A DNA stretch of 64,000 bases from a bacterium (GTDB lineage Bacteria; Fidelibacterota; UBA2242): positions 54,366 through 118,365 of the forward strand of contig JAHJGX010000058.1 of the NCBI GenBank assembly GCA_018824205.1. The letters run 5' to 3'. Below, one piece after another: positions 1-9,464 of the stretch. How positions within the stretch are numbered: the stretch's first letter is position 1; the number at the start of each line of letters is the position of its first letter. A program made the translations under genes and the position numbers. The notes beneath the pieces are model-generated. The model saw only the letters and a list, made by a program, of their open reading frames with translations, was not told where the DNA came from and made no database searches.

Positions 1-230
1 CCCGCCCCGTTTGGTTGCCAATGCGTTGCAGATTCTCGCCCCGTGTATCGATGCAGTAAATGGCATTATTCCAGTTGACCGGTGTATTGGAAAAGGCGAT
101 CACACTACTTGTGTCGGTAGCAGTATAGGCATGAGCCAGACCGGCGAAGCCCAATAAGAACCCAATCAAAACTGTGGAGAACATGAGAAGAAAACGGTTT
201 ATCCTGTGAAGAAAAATTGTCATAGGAATT
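1..230 (-). CDS. partial CDS (N-terminal ~76 aa; 3' end lies beyond window start): secreted/membrane hypothetical protein. Translation starts MTIFLHRINRFLLMFSTVLIGFLLGFAGLAHAYTA (signal-peptide-like).
   Basis: Minus-strand ATG at 230-228 with an open frame to the window edge and a hydrophobic N-terminus. Absent from the ORF track because it is truncated. Confidence 0.35.
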
Positions 231-363
231 CCAATCTGTTTTCAATAAGTCTAGTGAAAACCGAATTAGATGACAACACCGCTTATCGAATTATCTGGCC
301 GGTCGACGGAAAAAGCCCTTTCCCGGAGAAGAAGGCTTCAGTATCCTGCCAAGTGAGTATGTT

Positions 364-1046
364 TTAATTGGTAATGCGAATGTTTCCGAAAACGGCATCG
401 CCGCTAATGGTGATCGCGGGTCCGCTGCCGCTGACTGTGGCCATGTTATCGACCCGGCCGAGAAATTGGGACCCCTTGAAATTGACCGATGTGCCGGGTG
501 ATATATAAATTTCAATGGAACCGAAAATAGCGTCGGTATGTAAATGACAACCTTCGGGGACCACTTTGGCACTACGGAGATCGAGTTTGATGTTGCCGAA
601 AATTGCATTAATCTCACCGCCTTTGAATTGCTGGGAACTGATCTGTCGTTCGGTACTGCTGAAAATGCTGTTAATTTCCAAGCGGTCATCAGAACTCGTC
701 GTAAAGTCTGTAGTATCGCCGGCACTATTTGAGGATCGTTTCAACAGCATACCGATCCCGATAATAATAAGGATTACCGGCCAGAGCCGCCAGATTTGGT
801 GCCAGTGGATAATATGAAGTGCGGAGAGTTGAAACAGGACACCCAGGAGGATCAGAAAAATTCCGCCGTTGCGGTCATGGCCACTTAGTTTGGATATACC
901 AACAGCAATTAGAATCAGGGGCCACCAGCGGGTGAGCAGATGACCGATACGAATAATATGAAAAGAATCAGTGAGAAAAATGACACCGAGGACGATCAGG
1001 ATCAGTCCGACCCAGATTGGATTTGATTTGGATTCATTGCTCATGG
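364..1046 (-). CDS. LiaF-like / DUF4097 ('toastrack') cell-envelope stress membrane protein. The N-terminal TM helices are followed by a beta-rich repeat C-terminal domain.
   Basis: Translation has TM segments (WVGLILIVLGVIFL, WWPLILIAVGI, IFLILLGVLF, LWPVILIIIGIGML). The C-terminal region has repeated GxI/AIFG motifs typical of the LiaF C-terminal domain. The start was moved to the internal ATG (MSNESK), which has better context than the ORF-track 1131 start. Confidence 0.55.
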
Positions 1047-1168
1047 TTGACCCTTTCCCTTTGTGCTGACAATATACAGGTTCTGTGAAAAATATAAAAC
1101 CCATATTTATTATACTCTTTTTGCAATCCATGGTTTAAATTAGGGCTGTATTAAGAACAGGACCGGTC

Positions 1169-1852
1169 ATGAAAAAAATTCTTTTACCACTTTTAATTCT
1201 CCTCAGTCTTGGCCTTTTCGGTCAGAACCTCCAACTGCATTATGATTTTGGCGAAAATCGGCAGCATTATACCAGTACTCTGGAAATGTTTAAACCCGAT
1301 GATTTCGGGGCAACATTCTGGTTTGTGGATATTGATTATTGCGATGGTGTCAGCGCCAACAGCGCCTCTATGGCCTACTGGGAAATTGCCCGGTACATTG
1401 CATTGCCTTTTTTGAAAAACAGCGGACCATTGAGCAAACTGACTGCAACCGTCCAGTACAATGACGGACTGAACACATTCGGCAGTTTCGGCAATGTCTG
1501 GCTGGGTGGTATTTCCTATCCCATTGACCTGAAAATTGTCACAGTCAGCACCGATGTTCTGTTTCGCAGGGCCGAAAACCAGGCGGCCAGTTACCAGTTG
1601 ACTCTGGTCTGGTTTAAACCTTTTTTCGATGGCAAATTGATCTTCAGCGGTTTCTGCGATCTCTGGGGTCAGACGAATGCCGATGATGCCACGGACCGGC
1701 AGATGGTGCTGCTGACGGAGCCCCAGCTCTGGTTTAATGTCAGTAAAAATCTGGCTGTCGGCAGCGAAATTGAAATCAGCAAGAATTTTGTGTACGGGGC
1801 CGGAGATGAGCTGAAAATCAACGCCACTCTGGGTTTGAAATGGGAATTTTAG
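1169..1852 (+). CDS. secreted outer-membrane beta-barrel-like protein (DUF5020/Tsx-like family resemblance)
   Basis: Signal peptide MKKILLPLLILLSLGLFGQ followed by NLQLHYDFG. Alternating beta-strand-like sequence and a C-terminal aromatic residue (..KWEF). Confidence 0.5.
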   Translation: MKKILLPLLILLSLGLFGQNLQLHYDFGENRQHYTSTLEMFKPDDFGATFWFVDIDYCDGVSANSASMAYWEIARYIALPFLKNSGPLSKLTATVQYNDGLNTFGSFGNVWLGGISYPIDLKIVTVSTDVLFRRAENQAASYQLTLVWFKPFFDGKLIFSGFCDLWGQTNADDATDRQMVLLTEPQLWFNVSKNLAVGSEIEISKNFVYGAGDELKINATLGLKWEF

Positions 1853-1933
1853 AAAGGGTGTTTTTAGCCTGATTTCTGTAATGGGAATAAATTAATCCGC
1901 TTTTTTATACTTTAGTTTGAAGGGATAAATTCA

Positions 1934-3090
1934 ATGAAACGTCAAAAAATAGTCTTGATCCCGTTTCTCTGTCTGGTTCTTTTCAGTCAGCCGGGATTCG
2001 GTCGTACCGCGAATCAAGCTCGTCGCGAGATTCAGATTCCGGATATCCTTGGCTATCACACTCTGAAGTGTGATCTTCATATGCACAGTGTCTTTTCTGA
2101 TGGCTACGTCTGGCCAACCGTGCGAGTGAAGGAAGCCTGGATTGAAGGACTAGATGCTATCTCAATTACGGATCACCTGGAATGGCTGCCTCATAAGGAC
2201 TTAGTTTCCACCGATTTTAATCAGCCCTTCCTGCTTGCCAAAAAGATGGCGGATGACGCCGGTTTGATATTGATTCAGGGCGCCGAAATCACCCGCGGAA
2301 TGCCGCCCGGCCATTTGAATGCGATCTTTTTGGAGGATGTTAATGCTTTACAGCAGGATGACTGGCGGGAGTCGATTAAGGTTGCGATTGACCAAAAAGC
2401 GTTCCTGTTCTGGAATCATCCCGGTTGGAAGGGTCAGCAAAAAGATGGCGTATCCCATTGGTATGACGAGCATACGGAGTTGCTTGAGAAGGATTGGTTA
2501 AAAGGTATCGAGGTCGTGAATTATAACGAATATTATCCCGAGTACAGCAATGGTGTTTGGATAAAGACCTTACGATGCTGGGGAACTCTGATGTACACGA
2601 TCCGACCAACCTGGTCTGGAATTTTTGCGATGGAGAACATCGGCCAATGACCCTGGTGTTTGCCAGTGAACAAACCGCGGAAGGCATCCTTAAAGCACTC
2701 TTGCATCAACGGACGGTTGTCTATTATCAGGATACATTGATTGGGAAGGCAAAATACCTTGATGCGATTTTTGCAGAATCTATCGAAATTATCACGCCGG
2801 AATTGATCCTTCAGGGAAATAAACCCGCTTTTCTTCAGATCCATAATCATTCCGATATCAGTTACTCACTTGTTCGTGATGGCAAATTAGATGATATATC
2901 CTTCCCGGAAAAAGTTACCCTTCAGCCGCATAAAACAGTTCGGCTGCCCTTGAGGGGGGAATCGGATCAAACCAGAGGAAAGTATTTAATTCACTTACCC
3001 TATCGGGTAAGCAATCTCTGGGTTGCTCCGCGGGAAGGACTCAAGATCGACCTATCGCTTATCGTGGAATACCAGGTACCGGAAGAATAA
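1934..3090 (+). pseudogene. PHP-domain (polymerase/histidinol-phosphatase-like) secreted phosphoesterase split into two overlapping ORFs (1934-2650 in frame 2, 2557-3090 in frame 1) by a frameshift near 2550-2560
   Basis: N-terminal part has a signal peptide and the PHP metal motif CDLHMHSVFSDG...ITDHLEW. The C-terminal ORF continues the same family (GNSDVHDP...MTLVFA). The two frames overlap between 2557 and 2650. This may be a true pseudogene or an assembly indel. Confidence 0.55.
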
Positions 3091-3108
3091 AGAACTACCC
3101 GATTCTTT

Positions 3109-3765
3109 TCAGGACTGATTATTCAGAATCAGGCAACTTTCCAGGACTCCGCCACAAAATTCAATAAGACGGTCAGAATAAAGTTCGCACTGCTCGCGGA
3201 GACGTTTGGGATCGTAATCCTCCGGTGCGTAAATAATTGCGATGATTTCTCTTGTATCTACGTCAACACAAGTTCTCCGGGAGTCGGTCTTCGGCGAACC
3301 GAAGGGTCCCTGCTCATCAGCGAGAGCATAGCGTTCTTTCAGGTGAACATCCAGATTATTCAGACCTATGTAGGACTCGCCGATCCTGCCCTTGCGGAGC
3401 TCAATATTGCCGAAAATATTTGAGCGATCATAAACGCCGTTAGGCAACAGGAAATCCAGGGCGCACCAGTTGCTGACGTCGACCAGGGAATTAACCGAAT
3501 AGGCTTCCTTACCTTTCAGAAAACGGCGTAACATGGCTTCCGAAGACGGCCGGTGCTTGGTGGGCTCGATGCCCAGGGCCCGAAACAGTTTGCAGGCATT
3601 CTGAACACCCGGGATTTCACTGACGGGATTGCCGGAATATTTGTCATGATAGGCGCGGCCGAACTTGCTAAGTTTTTGATAAACCCTTTTATCTTCAGAA
3701 ACGGTGATTTCCTTTACTTCGATCACACCGGCCCGGATGGGCAGATGCAGCTTGAAATTTGTCAT
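3109..3765 (-). CDS. B3/4 domain-containing protein (tRNA-binding-like domain of PheT B3/B4 type)
   Basis: About 218 aa with the characteristic LPIRAGVIEV...LFRALGIEPTKHRPSSEAMLRR pattern of standalone B3/4 proteins. Confidence 0.55.
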   Translation of the reverse strand: MTNFKLHLPIRAGVIEVKEITVSEDKRVYQKLSKFGRAYHDKYSGNPVSEIPGVQNACKLFRALGIEPTKHRPSSEAMLRRFLKGKEAYSVNSLVDVSNWCALDFLLPNGVYDRSNIFGNIELRKGRIGESYIGLNNLDVHLKERYALADEQGPFGSPKTDSRRTCVDVDTREIIAIIYAPEDYDPKRLREQCELYSDRLIEFCGGVLESCLILNNQS

Positions 3766-3771
3766 AAAGTA

Positions 3772-4053
3772 TTATCCAAAATTGTAATGCTTTTTGACCG
3801 CTTTGATGATTTTCCAGTGGCAGATAAGACCGGCCGGGAAAACGACCAGATCGCCTTCCCTGAAATACACAGCGTCACCATTATCGGGGGTAACGATGAC
3901 ATCGCCTTCCAGCAGGTAGCAGGTTTCTTGCTCACTGTAGTGCCAGGGAAATTCCGATATCTCCTTGGTCCAGATTGGCCAGTTGAAGACCCCCCTGGAT
4001 TTCAAGATTTGGGGGTCGGGATTATGGGTCACATGGATACTTGCCATCGTCAT
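3772..4053 (-). CDS. cupin domain protein (DUF861/cupin_3-like), 93 aa
   Basis: Small beta-barrel cupin signature (WHYSEQETCYLLEGDVIVTPDNGDAVYFREGDLVVFPAGL). Confidence 0.55.
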   Translation of the reverse strand: MTMASIHVTHNPDPQILKSRGVFNWPIWTKEISEFPWHYSEQETCYLLEGDVIVTPDNGDAVYFREGDLVVFPAGLICHWKIIKAVKKHYNFG

Positions 4054-4064
4054 TCTCCTTTTGC

Positions 4065-5585
4065 TTAATCCAGATAGAGTTCCTGGGAGGGATATTTAGG
4101 ATCGCTGGTATAATGGATCCCCAGCTTGCGCAAGCCGGCGGCGTCACCGGGGCTGGGGATATGACTGGTATGCACCTCGCAGCCGGCCAGTTCCCGGAGC
4201 ATTTCCATGGCCGTTTGAGCTGCCGGATTACTGGCGGCGGAAAGCCCCAGGACAATCAGGATCTCGTCCAGATCCAGACTGAGTTTGCGGCCTTTGAGAA
4301 TATCTTTTTTCAGAAATTTCAGAGACTTGATAATACTGGGTGGCAGGAGATGAATGGTATCGGGTATCCTGGCCAGGTGTTTGATGGCGTTCAGGGTCAT
4401 GCTGGCGGTGGAGTGCATCAGGGCCGAATTTTTGCCGGTGATGATGCTGCCGTCGGGCAGTTCAATGGCCGCGCCGCAGAAGATATAATCCGTATCGGTA
4501 TGCTGCTCCCGGGCCTCCCGGACAGCCTCACGGGCGGCGCTGACCACCTTCCGGTCCTCGGGCGTCAGATTCAATTCCTTCATAATGAGTTCTGCCCGGT
4601 CGACGGTTCCCCGGTCAGTCTGACCCAGGGCGTATTCCACGGCATACTGAAAGTAGCGGCGGATAATCTCCTGATTGGCGGCCTGACGCACAATGGCATC
4701 GTCGATAATCCCGAATCCCGCCCGGTTGACCCCCATATCCGTGGGGGACTGATAAATAGATGACCGGCCGGTGATTCGTTCAAGGATCCGCCTCAGCAGG
4801 GGAAAGGCCTCAATATCACGGTTGTAATTAATGACGGCTTGCCCGTAGGCTTCCAGGTGAAAATGATCCACCATATTGACATCCCGCAGATCGGAGGTGG
4901 CCGCTTCATAGGCCACATTGACGGGATGTTTCAGCGGCAGGTTCCAAATCGGAAAGGTCTCAAATTTGGCGTAGCCCGCGTTGACACCCTGCCGGTACTC
5001 GTGATAGAGTTGGGAGAGACAGGTGGCCAGTTTGCCGCTGTTGGGACCGGGTCCCGAGACCACGACAATCGGTTTTGCGGTGGCGATATAGGAGTTGACC
5101 CCATAGCCATCTTCGCTGACAATCAGATCTACATCCGTGGGATAGCCCCGGGTGAAACCATGGGTGAATACCCGGATTCCCCGACGCTCCAGCCTGTTTT
5201 TAAACGTCGTGGCAGCCGTCTGGAACTCGTAGCGGGTGATAACCACGGCACAGACTGAAATTCCGTGATTCTTGAGATCGTCAAAGGTTTTCAGAGTGGC
5301 GTCGTCGTAGCTGATGCCGAAATCTGCCCGGATTTTATTGCGTTCAATATCACCGGCATAGATACAAAGAATTACATCCACTTTGTCCTTGAGCTGCTGT
5401 AGCAGGCGGATTTTTACATTAGGGTCAAAGCCCGGCAGCACCCGGGCGGCGTGATAGTCATAAATCAATTTACCGCCGAATTCCAGATAGAGTTTGTCGA
5501 ATTGTCCATCTATCCGTTCCAGAATCGCCCGGCTCTGCTCCGCCAGATATGTTTCAGTGTCAAATCCCTTTGGAATTTCTGCCAT
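4065..5585 (-). CDS. DUF1846 (UPF0371) family protein
   Basis: About 500 aa and the correct length for DUF1846. The start was moved to MAEIPKGF (ATG at 5585), which is preceded by AAAGGA. The ORF-track 5621 start has no RBS. Confidence 0.6.
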   Translation of the reverse strand: MAEIPKGFDTETYLAEQSRAILERIDGQFDKLYLEFGGKLIYDYHAARVLPGFDPNVKIRLLQQLKDKVDVILCIYAGDIERNKIRADFGISYDDATLKTFDDLKNHGISVCAVVITRYEFQTAATTFKNRLERRGIRVFTHGFTRGYPTDVDLIVSEDGYGVNSYIATAKPIVVVSGPGPNSGKLATCLSQLYHEYRQGVNAGYAKFETFPIWNLPLKHPVNVAYEAATSDLRDVNMVDHFHLEAYGQAVINYNRDIEAFPLLRRILERITGRSSIYQSPTDMGVNRAGFGIIDDAIVRQAANQEIIRRYFQYAVEYALGQTDRGTVDRAELIMKELNLTPEDRKVVSAAREAVREAREQHTDTDYIFCGAAIELPDGSIITGKNSALMHSTASMTLNAIKHLARIPDTIHLLPPSIIKSLKFLKKDILKGRKLSLDLDEILIVLGLSAASNPAAQTAMEMLRELAGCEVHTSHIPSPGDAAGLRKLGIHYTSDPKYPSQELYLD

Positions 5586-5817
5586 GTTGGTCCTTTCTGA
5601 AGTGTCCGAGAAACCCTCCAAGTTTAGGACAATTTCCGCTAATATTCAATCGGGATAAGGGCTGAAACCGGGAAAGTAAAAAATAGTTTAAAAATATAAA
5701 AACGGGGATTAATTATTATATCTAAGTATTTAAAAATTAAGGAGAAAAACATTGTTTTTAGCTTTGACAGTTTGCATTAGCAGCAGTAATTTACGGGGCA
5801 ATTTTGAAGGAGTATGA
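5586..5817. promoter_or_regulatory. AT-rich divergent intergenic region between the DUF1846 gene (-) and yicC (+). It likely holds both promoters.
   Basis: 232 bp with a GC drop, flanked by divergently oriented genes. Confidence 0.3.
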
Positions 5818-6696
5818 ATGATACGAAGCATGACCGGATTTGGCAAGGTGGAACGGAACCTGGAGCAGGGGACCCTCTCCGTGGAGGTCCGATCGGTAAA
5901 CAGCCGGTATTTTGATTTTTCGGCTCGTTTCCCCGAAATCTTTGAAAACCTGGAAGAGGAGATTAAGCGCCGTTTCAGCAGCCGTCTGACCCGGGGTAGG
6001 GTCAAGGTGTTTATTACCCTGAACGGAGCTCCCGATGAGAAAAAGCACATTCAGCTGAACCGGGAGCTGGTGGAGCGCTACCGGACCCTGCTGCAGGAGG
6101 CCAGTGAATCCCTGGGCAGTCCCGAAGTGGTGACCTTGAATCACCTGCTGAATTTTCCCGATATTTTCGAGGTGAAAGCCCCGGAGAATGAGACCAAGGC
6201 GCTGCAGACGGAACTCTTTCAGGCCATTGAGGAGGTGCTCGGCGAAGTTCTGAAAATGCAGGACGCCGAGGGGGCTCACCTGGCGGCTGAGATCAAGTCT
6301 CACCTGGATCTGGTCCATGACGTTGCGGTCCAAGTCCAGCAGATTTCCATGGAAAACAAACAGGCCTATTTTGAGAAAGTGAAGGAAAAACTGCTGCTTC
6401 TGACCGGCGATTTAAATATTGACGAAAGCCGGGTCATTCAGGAGGCAGCCATTTTCTCAAAAAAAATTGATATTACCGAGGAGTGTGAGCGTCTCGACAG
6501 CCATATCAAACAATTCCGGACTTATTACGATTCACCGGAACCGGTGGGCAAGCGCATGACCTTCCTGATTCAGGAGATGAACCGGGAGATCAGTACCATA
6601 GGCGCCAAATCGGAAAACGCCACGGTATCCCACCATGTGGTGGAGGTTAAAAATGAACTGGAAAAAATCAGGGAGCAGGCCCAGAATATTTTATGA
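5818..6696 (+). CDS. yicC: YicC/YloC family stress-induced protein
   Basis: N-terminal MIRSMTGFG and conserved YicC_N / DUF1732 C-terminal features. Stop overlaps the gmk start (ATGA). Confidence 0.85.
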   Translation: MIRSMTGFGKVERNLEQGTLSVEVRSVNSRYFDFSARFPEIFENLEEEIKRRFSSRLTRGRVKVFITLNGAPDEKKHIQLNRELVERYRTLLQEASESLGSPEVVTLNHLLNFPDIFEVKAPENETKALQTELFQAIEEVLGEVLKMQDAEGAHLAAEIKSHLDLVHDVAVQVQQISMENKQAYFEKVKEKLLLLTGDLNIDESRVIQEAAIFSKKIDITEECERLDSHIKQFRTYYDSPEPVGKRMTFLIQEMNREISTIGAKSENATVSHHVVEVKNELEKIREQAQNIL

Positions 6697-7274
6697 TAAC
6701 TAAGGGCTTATTACTACCAATTGCGGCCCCGTCAGGAACAGGGAAAACCACGGTGTGCCGTCAGCTGCTTGAGCAGGATGAACGCTTTGTGTTTTCTATA
6801 TCTGCAACCACCCGTGAACCACGGAAAATGGAGCGGGATGGAGTGGATTACTACTTCCTGTCCCGGGAGCAATTTAAGGCCCATATCCGTCAGCACAAGC
6901 TGGCGGAATACGAGCAGGTGTTTGAAAACTATTACGGCACCCTGCGGAGCACCCTGGATGAGACCCTGGCGGCGGGTAAGATCCTGCTGCTGGATATCGA
7001 TGTCAAAGGCGCTTTGGCCATTAAAAATCTCTATCCTGAGCAGACGATATCTGTGTTTCTGCTGCCGCCGAGTCAGGCTGAACTTCTGCGGCGCCTGAAA
7101 GGACGCGATACCGAAGACGAACAGTCCATCGCTATCCGCAACGCCCGGATTCCCGCTGAAATAAAATTAGCTGAACAATTTGATCGACAGATCGTTAATG
7201 ACAAATTAGATCACACCGTCGATGCAATTATGACAATAATAAAGGAGTATACAAAAAATGACACGAACTCTTGA
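6693..7274 (+). CDS. gmk: guanylate kinase
   Basis: P-loop APSGTGKTT and guanylate kinase motifs (SATTREPR, YYF). Lies in the conserved yicC-gmk-rpoZ arrangement. Confidence 0.9.
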   Translation: MITKGLLLPIAAPSGTGKTTVCRQLLEQDERFVFSISATTREPRKMERDGVDYYFLSREQFKAHIRQHKLAEYEQVFENYYGTLRSTLDETLAAGKILLLDIDVKGALAIKNLYPEQTISVFLLPPSQAELLRRLKGRDTEDEQSIAIRNARIPAEIKLAEQFDRQIVNDKLDHTVDAIMTIIKEYTKNDTNS

Positions 7275-7581
7275 TTTTTCAAAACTAACCGAAAAAACAG
7301 ACGATCTTTATGAGCTGATCGTAGCGGCCTCCAAAAGAGCCCGTCAGATTGCGGCCATACGAATTGCCCGGGATCCCCTGCCCACCCTTGGTGAAGGAGA
7401 TGAGGAGACTTTCGATGAGACTCCCGATGAGGAGGAGATGAGAGATTGGGACCGGGTTGAAAAGCCGGTTACCACCGCTCTGGACGAAATGCTTGATGAC
7501 AACCTGGAATATCGATATACCTCGGTCGTCGTTGAAGAGCACGATCACCTGGAAGATATCGAAGGCGATATTGAAGACTAA
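7258..7581 (+). CDS. rpoZ: DNA-directed RNA polymerase subunit omega, with a long acidic C-terminal extension
   Basis: Omega-like core (LYELIVAASKRARQI) located after gmk. The C-terminal about 50 aa are rich in D/E. Confidence 0.65.
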   Translation: MTRTLDFSKLTEKTDDLYELIVAASKRARQIAAIRIARDPLPTLGEGDEETFDETPDEEEMRDWDRVEKPVTTALDEMLDDNLEYRYTSVVVEEHDHLEDIEGDIED

Positions 7582-8767
7582 ACGGATCACACTCGGTTTA
7601 ACGGGGGGGATTGCGATCTATAAATCCGCCGCCCTGCTGCGGCGTTTGGTCAGTGATGACGGGGCCGATGTCACGGTCATTATGACCGCTGCAGCCCAGA
7701 AATTCATGTCTCCACTGATCTTTGAAACCTTCAGCGGTAAGCCGGTAGTGACGGAGATGTTTTCCCGGGAAAAAGTCTACACCCGGCACATTGATCTGGG
7801 GCAGGATGTAGATATGGTGCTGGTCTGTCCGGCCACTGCCAATATTCTGGCCAAAGCGGCCAATGGGCTTGCCGACGATATGCTCAGTACGGTGATTCTG
7901 ACCGCCGGAGCCAAGACCGTGTTTGCCCTGGCCATGAACAGTAACATGTACGCCAATCCCATCACCCAGGCAAACATCCGCACACTGCGGGAGTTGGGCT
8001 ACGGCATCATTGAACCAGAAAGCGGCGAACTGGCCTGCAAGGATCCGGGTAAGGGGCGCCTAGCCGAGGAATCGGTGATTCTTGATTATGTCCGGCAACG
8101 GCTCAGTGGTGCAAAGCAGTTGAGTGGGAAAAGGGTCGTGGTAACCGCCGGTCCCACGCGGGAGTACCTGGATCCGGTACGGTTTATCAGCAACCGTTCC
8201 TCGGGAAAGATGGGCTATGCCCTGGCGGCAGAAGCGCGGCAACAGGGCGCCGATGTTGTGTTGATCAGCGGCCCCGGATACGGGGAGATTCCGCCTGGTG
8301 TCCGGCTCATTCGGGTGGAAACCGCCCGGCAGATGCAGCAGGCTTTGCGGGAGCACGGAAAGGACGCGGATTACCTGTTTATGGCCGCGGCGGTGGAGGA
8401 CATTAGCCCGGTCAGTCAGGCCGGGACAAAAATTAAGAAAAGCGAACTGCCCGAGGCCATTATGGTTACCCGTTCACCGGATCTACTGTTGGATTTTCGG
8501 GAAGCGAATCAAGCCACCTGCGTGGTAGCGTTCAGTGTGGAGATGGAAGACGGACACCAACGCTCCATCGCTAAGATGCAGGCCAAGGGCGCCGATTATA
8601 TTGTCTGGAACGATCCTTCCGTTGCGGGGGCGGCCTTTGCGGGGGATACTAATGAAGTGATCCTGCTTGCGGCGGAGGGTCAGGAGTGGCAGCTGCCACT
8701 GGCATCCAAACGGGCGATTGCCCGGCAGATTATTGACCATGTTGTGACCCACCGGAAGGGGGACTGA
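7571..8767 (+). CDS. coaBC: bifunctional phosphopantothenoylcysteine decarboxylase / phosphopantothenate-cysteine ligase
   Basis: Flavoprotein domain (ITLGLTGGIAIYK) plus DFP ligase domain. A probable TTG start at 7571 with GAAGG upstream overlaps the rpoZ stop. The ORF-track start at 7457 lies inside rpoZ. Confidence 0.85.
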   Translation: MKTKRITLGLTGGIAIYKSAALLRRLVSDDGADVTVIMTAAAQKFMSPLIFETFSGKPVVTEMFSREKVYTRHIDLGQDVDMVLVCPATANILAKAANGLADDMLSTVILTAGAKTVFALAMNSNMYANPITQANIRTLRELGYGIIEPESGELACKDPGKGRLAEESVILDYVRQRLSGAKQLSGKRVVVTAGPTREYLDPVRFISNRSSGKMGYALAAEARQQGADVVLISGPGYGEIPPGVRLIRVETARQMQQALREHGKDADYLFMAAAVEDISPVSQAGTKIKKSELPEAIMVTRSPDLLLDFREANQATCVVAFSVEMEDGHQRSIAKMQAKGADYIVWNDPSVAGAAFAGDTNEVILLAAEGQEWQLPLASKRAIARQIIDHVVTHRKGD

Positions 8768-9462
8768 TGCAGCCATCCGACGATCTGATCAAAGATTTTT
8801 TTCTGCAGCAGGCCGAACTGTATACCGATGAATTTTATTTTGAAGGTCGGCCAAAATTGGTCGTAAGCGAGTCGCAAACGCCGGAACAAAACCAGGAGGA
8901 AATTACCAGATGGACGGAACTGGAGCCGAGGGTTTTAGCATGTCAGAAATGCGTGTTGGCCGAGGGTCGCACAAAAGTGGTTTTCGGGACGGGCAACCGG
9001 AACGCCGACCTGCTGTTTGTGGGTGAAGCTCCGGGTGAGCAGGAGGACCTGCAGGGGATTCCCTTTGTGGGTCGGGCAGGACAGCTGCTGGATAAGATAC
9101 TGGCGGCCATCCAGCTGGAGCGCAAAGCGGTTTATATTGCCAATATTCTGAAATGTCGGCCACCCCAGAACCGGACGCCCAACAGCGTGGAAATCGAGAA
9201 CTGCGAACCTTACCTGCTGAATCAGATTAATCTGATTAAACCGGCAGTCATTGTCTGCCTGGGACTGACGGCCGCCCGAACCCTGCTGCGGGTGGATTCG
9301 AATTTACGGGATATGCGGGGCCAGGTGTACAACTATCACGGCGTGGATCTGGTGGTGACCTATCACCCGGCCGCGCTACTGCGTAATTCCAATCTCAAGA
9401 AATTTGCCTGGGAAGATTTTCAGAAAATTCAAAAAATGTATATGCAAAAAACAGGGGGTTAA
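8767..9462 (+). CDS. uracil-DNA glycosylase, family 4 (UdgA-type, 4Fe-4S)
   Basis: Motifs CxxC...GEAPGxxED...FVGRAGQLL...HPAALLRN. Translationally coupled to coaBC (TGATG). Confidence 0.8.
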   Translation: MQPSDDLIKDFFLQQAELYTDEFYFEGRPKLVVSESQTPEQNQEEITRWTELEPRVLACQKCVLAEGRTKVVFGTGNRNADLLFVGEAPGEQEDLQGIPFVGRAGQLLDKILAAIQLERKAVYIANILKCRPPQNRTPNSVEIENCEPYLLNQINLIKPAVIVCLGLTAARTLLRVDSNLRDMRGQVYNYHGVDLVVTYHPAALLRNSNLKKFAWEDFQKIQKMYMQKTGG

Positions 9463-9464
9463 CC

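Noticed and set aside
5791-6333. Long antisense ORFs inside confidently assigned genes. Examples: 5791-6333(-) in yicC; 18139-19032(-) in purB; 23342-24214(-) in batA; 26244-27410(-) in batD; 30144-31121(-) across ruvC/ruvA; 36432-37277(-) and 37440-38135(-) in wzc; 38515-39543(-) and 39546-40310(-) opposite the MTase locus; 53136-53996(-) in the oxidoreductase.
   Set aside because: They lie opposite genes with strong family signatures. Their translations are low-complexity, Gly/Arg/Pro/His-rich, without motifs. Their reading frames mirror the sense-strand codon structure. These are typical spurious antisense ORFs in about 50-55% GC coding DNA.
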